53,753 nucleotides of DNA from Polyangia bacterium (lineage in GTDB: Bacteria > Myxococcota_A > Polyangia > JAAYKL01): contig JBNKCR010000032.1 in the NCBI GenBank assembly GCA_050287845.1, positions 1 to 53,753 on the forward strand. The letters run 5' to 3'. Under the pieces are notes generated by a model. It saw only the letters and a program-made list of their open reading frames with translations. It was not told where the DNA came from and searched no databases. Every line of letters starts with the position of its first letter. Position 1 is the first letter of the stretch. Made by a program: the position numbers and the translations under genes. This document shows positions 48,016 through 53,753 of the stretch, in pieces.

Positions 48016-48081
48016 GGGCAGGTCCCTGTGGCAGCGATTTGCTCGGTGGTTTCACCGGAGATATTCTCTTCCGTTATTCTC

Positions 48082-50982
48082 TTACAGCAGGCTCAGCTGG
48101 GCGCTTCGTTTTTCGGGTTTGGGGAGTTCGGGGACCTGACGGGAAATGGCGTCGTCGGGCAGATCCTGAATGAAGGCGGAGGGGCCGGCCTTCGCGACCT
48201 TGCCGAATATCAGGCGCTTTTTGGCGTAGCTCAACACACACAGGGTTTTTGCGCGGGTGATGGCCACATACAGCAGACGCCGTTCTTCAGCTTCGTCGCT
48301 GGATTTTCCGGGCAGTGCCAGGGGTAGAAGGCCCGGCTCCACACCGGCCACAAACACCACTTCAAACTCTCTGCCCTTGGCGGCATGCATGGTCATCACC
48401 GCCACCTTCTGACTGCGCTCGTCGTGAGGGTCGTCCTCTCCAATAACCATGGCGGGAATGCCGCTGCGCTCCAGGGCTTCGAGAATTTCTTTTCGCTGCA
48501 TCTTTGTCCGAACCAGTATGGCCACATCACTGAATCCGAACTCGCCTTCGGCCACTGCGCTTCCCCTTCCGGAATCCAGGGCAAAATGGCTGGTGCCACC
48601 GAGCAGTCGCTCCAGACGCACCACCATCTGCTCCGCTTCGGATGCCGCTGTGGGACAGGAAATCACTTCCACTTTCACCCCGGCTTTTTTGGAAATCAGG
48701 TCAGCCCGGGGAGATAGAACCGCCCTCGCCGTGGCCAGCACTTTGTCGGTCAGCCGGTATGTATTGCGCAGGGCAACCACCCGGGCGCTGTTAAAATCCT
48801 GTTTGAAGCGATGAAAATGTCCGGGCTTCGCGCCCCGGAATCCATAAATGGCCTGATCCGGATCGCCAATGGCCATCAGGGTGTGTCCTCCCGGGCAAAT
48901 CAATCGGATGAGCGCTGCCTGAACATCGTTCACGTCCTGGTATTCATCCACGCTGACCGACTGAAACCGCCCTGCCACGAACGCTGCCATTTCCGAATCG
49001 TCCCGGAGCATCTGATATGCCTCGAACATCAAATCATCCAGATCCCGCAACTGGCGCGCCCCCATGGCCAACTGGTACGCGTCGTATATCTTTTTCCCCG
49101 ACTCGTCGAACAGATACAGACCGGGGTCGATTTCCTGCTTGGCGCGGCTGATGGTGTCCAGCTGCTTCTGCGCTTCCCGGGCGGTGGCGTTTTCTCCCAG
49201 CACTTCTTTCATGACCTCAAGACGCATATCGTCATCGGCCACAGTGAAATCCCGCTGACTCGAAAACTCCGACAGCAACTCCCCGCACAGCCCGTGAAAG
49301 GTGCGCACTTTCACCGTCTCGTGATGGGCGGGCAATGTATGGGTCAACCGCTCCGCCAGCTCCGCCGCCGCTTGCCGGGTAAACGAAATGGCGAGTACCT
49401 GCTTCGGGGTCACCAGACCCGACTTGATCTGATGCGCCACCCGGGCCACCAGGGTTTTCGTCTTGCCGGTTCCCGGTCCGGCCACCACCAGCAACGGGCC
49501 GGAGGTGATAGAGGCGGCACGACGCTGCTGCTCATCCAGCCCGAACAGGGGATCGTCCACCACGTTTTCGAGGGTTCGCTGCCGACTTTCCTTCTTGCTC
49601 CTGTCCAGCAGTGAGAGCAAATCATCATTGGACGCCTGGCGGGCGGTCTCTCTTTTCTTTTCGCGTACCGTCCTGCGCTGTACCACCGCAATTTTGCCGA
49701 ATCCGGAAAAACCGGTCTGCCCGGCCAACGTGGACAGTTCGCCCGGTTCAAAAATCCGGATGGTGCCAAACTCGCCGTCGTATCCGCCATCAATCACCAG
49801 CTCACCGGTCCGCACCCGCCGTACCGCCTCGCGAACCGCAGCATTGCTTTTCTGCTCAATGTCCTCGAGGGGGGCATCCCGCAGGATATACAATTCCGGG
49901 CCCAGTTCGTTTCGCAGATGCCGCACCAGTGCCGCCACTTTCTTTGCACCGGGGGCCACCTGGAGGGTTTCGGCAATCACCTCATTGAACGGCACAATAC
50001 TGACGTACTCAAACGGGTCTTCGGGAGTAGCGCCCGGGGCGCGATCGGCCAGTTCCTCCACCCGATTCATCACCCCCACGGTGACCGGCTTGCCGCACAC
50101 GGGACAATTGCCCCCGTTGGCCCGGGTTTCCGCCGGGGAGAGCCGAACCCCGCATTTGCGATGGCCGTCCAGATGGTACTTGCCCTCATCGGGATAAAAT
50201 TCCAGGGTGCCCAGAAATCCATCCCGGTCGCGAAGGGCATTTCGAAGGGGCAGAAATCCCAGGTCAATATCGAGCAGATTGGCCTCCCGACCCAGCTTGC
50301 CGGGGGAATGGGCATCGGAGTTGGACACCAGGGTCAGGTGGTCCAGACTGCTCAGGCGCCAGTTCATGGCCGGGTCGCTGGACAGGCCGGTTTCCACCGC
50401 AAAGATATGGGGCGCCAAATCGCCGAAGCATTCCTCCAGGGAATCGAATCCGGATTTGGACCCCAGCATGGAAAACCACGGGGTCCAGATATGGGCCGGA
50501 ATCAGAAAGGCCAAAGGATCGGTTTCCAGAGTGATTTCGAGCAAGTCTCTGGCGTCCAGCCCCAGGATGGGTCGGCCGTCAGACTTGATATTACCGATTT
50601 TTTCAAGGGCCGCAGAGAATGTCTTTGCCGCCTCAATGGAGGGCATATACACCAGATTGTGATTTTTGCGCGTGCGGTCGTTCTTCTTGTAAATATTACT
50701 GATTTCCACCTGGAGCACGAATCGCACGTTCCGGATGCAGGCCCCGGGCACTTCGAGCATGGCCTGTTTTTCCAGCTCCGGTTTCAGGCGAAAGAGCCCC
50801 TCTTCGGCGGGAATCAGCTGTTCTTCAATTTCGGCCATCCACCCCGGATGGGTGAAATCCCCGGTGCCCACCAGTCCGATGCCCTTTTCGAGCGCACTTT
50901 TGTAGAGTGCGACAAAGTCCAGCTCCTTGCTGGTGGCCATGGAAAATCGGGAGTGAATGTGTAAATCCGCAATCAGCTTCAT
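48082..50982 (-). CDS. Endonuclease Q-like PHP domain fused to UvrD/REP helicase
   Basis: ADLHIHS, GTGDFTHP, PAHIWTPW, SNSDAHS and a Zn finger, followed by AGPGTGKT, DEYQD, GDPDQAIYGFRGA, TMHAAKGREF and EERRLLYVAITRAK. Confidence 0.92.
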   Translation of the reverse strand: MKLIADLHIHSRFSMATSKELDFVALYKSALEKGIGLVGTGDFTHPGWMAEIEEQLIPAEEGLFRLKPELEKQAMLEVPGACIRNVRFVLQVEISNIYKKNDRTRKNHNLVYMPSIEAAKTFSAALEKIGNIKSDGRPILGLDARDLLEITLETDPLAFLIPAHIWTPWFSMLGSKSGFDSLEECFGDLAPHIFAVETGLSSDPAMNWRLSSLDHLTLVSNSDAHSPGKLGREANLLDIDLGFLPLRNALRDRDGFLGTLEFYPDEGKYHLDGHRKCGVRLSPAETRANGGNCPVCGKPVTVGVMNRVEELADRAPGATPEDPFEYVSIVPFNEVIAETLQVAPGAKKVAALVRHLRNELGPELYILRDAPLEDIEQKSNAAVREAVRRVRTGELVIDGGYDGEFGTIRIFEPGELSTLAGQTGFSGFGKIAVVQRRTVREKKRETARQASNDDLLSLLDRSKKESRQRTLENVVDDPLFGLDEQQRRAASITSGPLLVVAGPGTGKTKTLVARVAHQIKSGLVTPKQVLAISFTRQAAAELAERLTHTLPAHHETVKVRTFHGLCGELLSEFSSQRDFTVADDDMRLEVMKEVLGENATAREAQKQLDTISRAKQEIDPGLYLFDESGKKIYDAYQLAMGARQLRDLDDLMFEAYQMLRDDSEMAAFVAGRFQSVSVDEYQDVNDVQAALIRLICPGGHTLMAIGDPDQAIYGFRGAKPGHFHRFKQDFNSARVVALRNTYRLTDKVLATARAVLSPRADLISKKAGVKVEVISCPTAASEAEQMVVRLERLLGGTSHFALDSGRGSAVAEGEFGFSDVAILVRTKMQRKEILEALERSGIPAMVIGEDDPHDERSQKVAVMTMHAAKGREFEVVFVAGVEPGLLPLALPGKSSDEAEERRLLYVAITRAKTLCVLSYAKKRLIFGKVAKAGPSAFIQDLPDDAISRQVPELPKPEKRSAQLSLL

Positions 50983-51134
50983 GGGGGGGTTATTCCAGAA
51001 AAGGTGTCATTCTGGCAACCGGAATCGCATGGGTTTACCATTCACAGTTCCCATTTTCCGGGGCACAGGTGTATTCTTTCCGTGAAAGACATAGTTTTAT
51101 GGAAAATGTAATTTTCAGAAAAGAGAGGAAGACG

Positions 51135-51911
51135 ATGCAATCATCATTTATTACCATCATCACCGCTGTGGCGGTCTTCGCCGCATGGGGATGCAATTCA
51201 TCGTCCGCAGAATCCGGCAATGCCGTGGAGTTCACCGGCTCAGAATGTAAAAGTCATCTGTACATGCCACCATCGCCGGGGCCCGCCCTGTACACCATGG
51301 CGCAGAGTGAACCGTACCAGGGGCTGCAGTGCGTTTCGTGGGAACTGGATGATACGGGCACATTTTCAATAGACCTCATTAATTTCAACGGGGCATGTGG
51401 CGCCGATTATGTGGGGGAGTACCAGAAAGGCGACGTTGGAGAACTCAACCTGATGGTGAATAACCCGGGTTGTCGCATCGCTTCCTGCGGATACTGCGTA
51501 TACGACTGGTCTTTTGAAGTGGAAGAGGTGGCGGCAACGGATCTGACCATCAATGTGCTGGAAAACGCCTGTCCCGAAGACGAAGATTATACGGTGGATA
51601 CCTACACCTTCGAAATTTCTGAGGCCGAGCTGGCAACGGGCGCCGGGATTGCCTGTGAGTACAAACATATTGGTCTGTTCGAATCTCCCACCTGCGGCAC
51701 CCTGCACCAACCCTGCAATTTCCTGGCATCAGATACCGAGGCCAACGATGATATTTGCGGCGTGGCCGACGCCCGCTGCGATGCGGGATACACCTGCGTT
51801 GAAACCGAAGCCATGAAGCAACCCACCTGCGTGGCCGAATGCACCGAAGATGCAGACTGCCCCCTCCAACCGCTGCTCACCTGCGACAACGGCCGCTGTC
51901 TGCTGAAATGA
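51135..51911 (+). CDS. Cys-rich hypothetical lipoprotein
   Basis: GAGGA RBS, lipobox AWGC, C-terminal CTEDADC..CDNGRC. Confidence 0.75.
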   Translation: MQSSFITIITAVAVFAAWGCNSSSAESGNAVEFTGSECKSHLYMPPSPGPALYTMAQSEPYQGLQCVSWELDDTGTFSIDLINFNGACGADYVGEYQKGDVGELNLMVNNPGCRIASCGYCVYDWSFEVEEVAATDLTINVLENACPEDEDYTVDTYTFEISEAELATGAGIACEYKHIGLFESPTCGTLHQPCNFLASDTEANDDICGVADARCDAGYTCVETEAMKQPTCVAECTEDADCPLQPLLTCDNGRCLLK

Positions 51912-52036
51912 AAGCTTAATTGGTTACGGCGGTGGCGTCTTTAACGCATCGAACGCTGGCCAGGTCGGTAAATTAAAAATACACGAACTCCAGACTATTC
52001 GACATATTATCGGGCAGATAACCGGGCAGCACCGAC

Positions 52037-52141
52037 TCATCCGGGATGAGGGAGAGGATACCCTGAAATAATCACTATCAGCGAAACCGAAGGAAACACC
52101 GTCACGAACGCCATAGTCATGATGATCAGGTTGCTTTTCAT
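52037..52141 (-). CDS. Candidate 34-aa hydrophobic small ORF
   Basis: MKSNLIIMTMAFVTVFPSVSLIVIISGYPLPHPG with AAGGAAG upstream. Too short for the ORF track. Confidence 0.3.
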   Translation of the reverse strand: MKSNLIIMTMAFVTVFPSVSLIVIISGYPLPHPG

Positions 52142-52392
52142 TGAGTCTTCCTTTTCCCTGTGCTGCACAATTGACGACTATGGCGTATAGTGATCGACCC
52201 CGGTGTCATCACCAAAATCTTCAAACCACTGTTTTTTTGTACTCAAAGGCAGTGGATTGTAAATCAAATCCCCGACAAGAAAACACTTTCCCCTTAATTC
52301 TTTGTGAATACAACAACCTGTCGCTGAACACCAGTAGCGGCCGTTTTCATCTTCGCCTAGATTCTCGCGGGATTCAAGAAAGGAAAGGATTG

Positions 52393-52839
52393 TCAGTCAA
52401 TCGAATCGTCGTACCATTCGCAATGGGCTGCGCGAGTACATTGGTTCTTACTGGTAAACGAATCACACGGAACCAATTTTCCTTCACACCTGTATTTGCA
52501 CAGAATACCGGTGGGCGCAGTAGATTCCGAATCCGAATCTGTAACTGTATCTGAGTTGGATTCCACAAGAGAATCACTGTCGGCGACAGCTTCAGAATCA
52601 TCAACAGAATCCGCGTCATTGGAAGACTCAGTTTCAATAGCTGAATAATCCGTGCAGTATTCGACCAAATCGCAATTGGGCAGATACTGATATTTCGTGC
52701 TATCTGAGTGGCATCGCGAAGGCGAACCATTGAAATCTTCACATTTGATCCCGAAGTTGTTCCAGCATTTCGCCTCCGAACAACCTGAAAGTGCGCAGAC
52801 GCAAAGAGCTATGGCGCTGATTGAAATTGCCTTATACAT
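52393..52839 (-). CDS. Small Cys-rich lipoprotein with D/S-rich insert
   Basis: AAGGA RBS, lipobox LSGC. Start set at ATG 52839. Confidence 0.7.
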   Translation of the reverse strand: MYKAISISAIALCVCALSGCSEAKCWNNFGIKCEDFNGSPSRCHSDSTKYQYLPNCDLVEYCTDYSAIETESSNDADSVDDSEAVADSDSLVESNSDTVTDSDSESTAPTGILCKYRCEGKLVPCDSFTSKNQCTRAAHCEWYDDSID

Positions 52840-52877
52840 ATTTATTTCCTTTGCTGCTTGGTCACGCTTTTTTTGGG

Positions 52878-52905
52878 TTGATATTTGTTGTTTTAAAGCT
52901 ACAAT
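52878..52905 (+). promoter_or_regulatory. Sigma70-type promoter of the TA operon with overlapping palindromic operator
   Basis: TTGATA-N16-TACAAT. Imperfect 20-bp palindrome TTGTTGTTTTAAAGCTACAA at 52885-52904. Confidence 0.6.
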
Positions 52906-52911
52906 CTGAAT

Positions 52912-53247
52912 ATGAGCGGTCACCATATCGAAATTCTCGAATTTATTACCGAAGACGGAAAGAATCCATTTCATAATTGGTTGAACACGCTGAAAGATCG
53001 TGTGGCTCGTGCGAAAATTCGTGTTCGATTGAATCGAGTCCGATTGGGAAATTTCGGAGATTGCAAGTCAGTGGGAAAAGGGGTGAATGAATTGAGGGTT
53101 GATTGCGGACCCGGATATCGGGTGTATTTCGGAAAATCTGAACAGACAATCGTATTATTGCTTTGTGGCGGTTCGAAGAAATCTCAATCAAAAGACATCG
53201 AATTGGCGCATCAGTATTGGGCCGATTATCGGAGGAGAATGAGATGA
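52912..53247 (+). CDS. Type II TA toxin, RelE/ParE superfamily ('addiction module killer' type)
   Basis: PFHNWL..LKD..A.AKI..RL.R..LGNFGDCKSVG.GV.ELRVD.GPGYRVYF..LLCGG.K..Q.KDI pattern. Confidence 0.92.
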   Translation: MSGHHIEILEFITEDGKNPFHNWLNTLKDRVARAKIRVRLNRVRLGNFGDCKSVGKGVNELRVDCGPGYRVYFGKSEQTIVLLLCGGSKKSQSKDIELAHQYWADYRRRMR

Positions 53248-53561
53248 AAAAAATGACTGAAAAATATGTTGATAATCTCAAAGAGGATCTTCTCGATCCT
53301 GCAGAAGCGGCAGAATACTTGAATGCGGCACTTGAAGATGGTTCACAGGAAGTTTTCCTGATGGCGCTAAAAGATGTTGCAAATGCGAAAGGTATTTCCG
53401 AGATTGCAAGATTAACCAATTTGAATAGAGAAAATCTGTATCGAATTTTATCAATAAACGGAAATCCCAAGTTGAAGAGTCTCAATTCCGTTTTGCACAG
53501 TGTAGGGCTGAAACTTTCTATTGAAATAAACAATCATCCAGCTGAGATCATCAGCGAGTAA
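53244..53561 (+). CDS. Type II TA antitoxin, HTH ('addiction module antidote' type)
   Basis: AAEYLNAALE..FLMALKDVA.A.G...IA...LNRENLYR.LS..GNP. ATGA overlap with the toxin. Confidence 0.92.
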   Translation: MKKMTEKYVDNLKEDLLDPAEAAEYLNAALEDGSQEVFLMALKDVANAKGISEIARLTNLNRENLYRILSINGNPKLKSLNSVLHSVGLKLSIEINNHPAEIISE

Positions 53562-53609
53562 GCCCTTGCGAATAGCCTCTCACCACGCTTTCGCGCGGTC
53601 GGTTGTCCG

Positions 53610-53753
53610 TTAAGGACAGTGGTCGAAATAAAATTGCCAACATGGCATTTGCTGCGCCGGACCGGCAAGGCGCGAGGAGCGGAACATACCGGGGTATGCG
53701 ACCGACGAGCAACGAAGTCGGGCGGGATGCAGCGGAGGCAAGGTGCCAATTTT
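53610..53753. repeat. Structured palindromic repeat (same family as 1-143), right arm truncated
   Basis: AAAATTG..CAATTTT and GCTGC..GCAGC arms surround CCGGCAAGGCGCGA..CATACC-GG-GGTATG..GAGCAACG. Confidence 0.75.

Overview
Chromosomal window of moderate GC from a Myxococcota/'Deltaproteobacteria'-like bacterium. The taxonomy is inferred from gene content: Ser/Thr kinases, an FHA-GAF sigma54 activator, ECF/FecR modules, and many Cys-rich lipoproteins with Asp-Thr/Asp-Ser linkers. Housekeeping genes are nifS-nifU, hisC, tolQ-tolR, a U32/RlhA-like gene plus a RluA pseudouridine synthase, ilvB-ilvN, an EndoQ/PHP-UvrD fusion and a type II TA pair. The most unusual structures are non-coding or chimeric. 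(1) 39149-40372 is a nested element bounded by 14-bp inverted repeats. Four three-hairpin REP-like units and an intact Y1 (IS200-like) TnpA sit inside it, interleaved with two unannotated in-frame pieces of an IS5-family transposase. (2) At 31040-32325, two diverged ORF-less group II intron 3' ends (D5/D6, with a compensatory base-pair change) flank an AT-rich membrane-protein gene like a cassette. (3) Related palindromic, structured repeats lie at both ends of the window. Smaller observations are a frameshifted pectate lyase missed by the ORF track, a perfect sigma54 promoter, an orphan sigma54-like promoter ahead of a GGA-rich tract, and a small hydrophobic ORF whose leader is complementary to its own coding region. 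All family calls come from reading motifs by eye; no searches were run.
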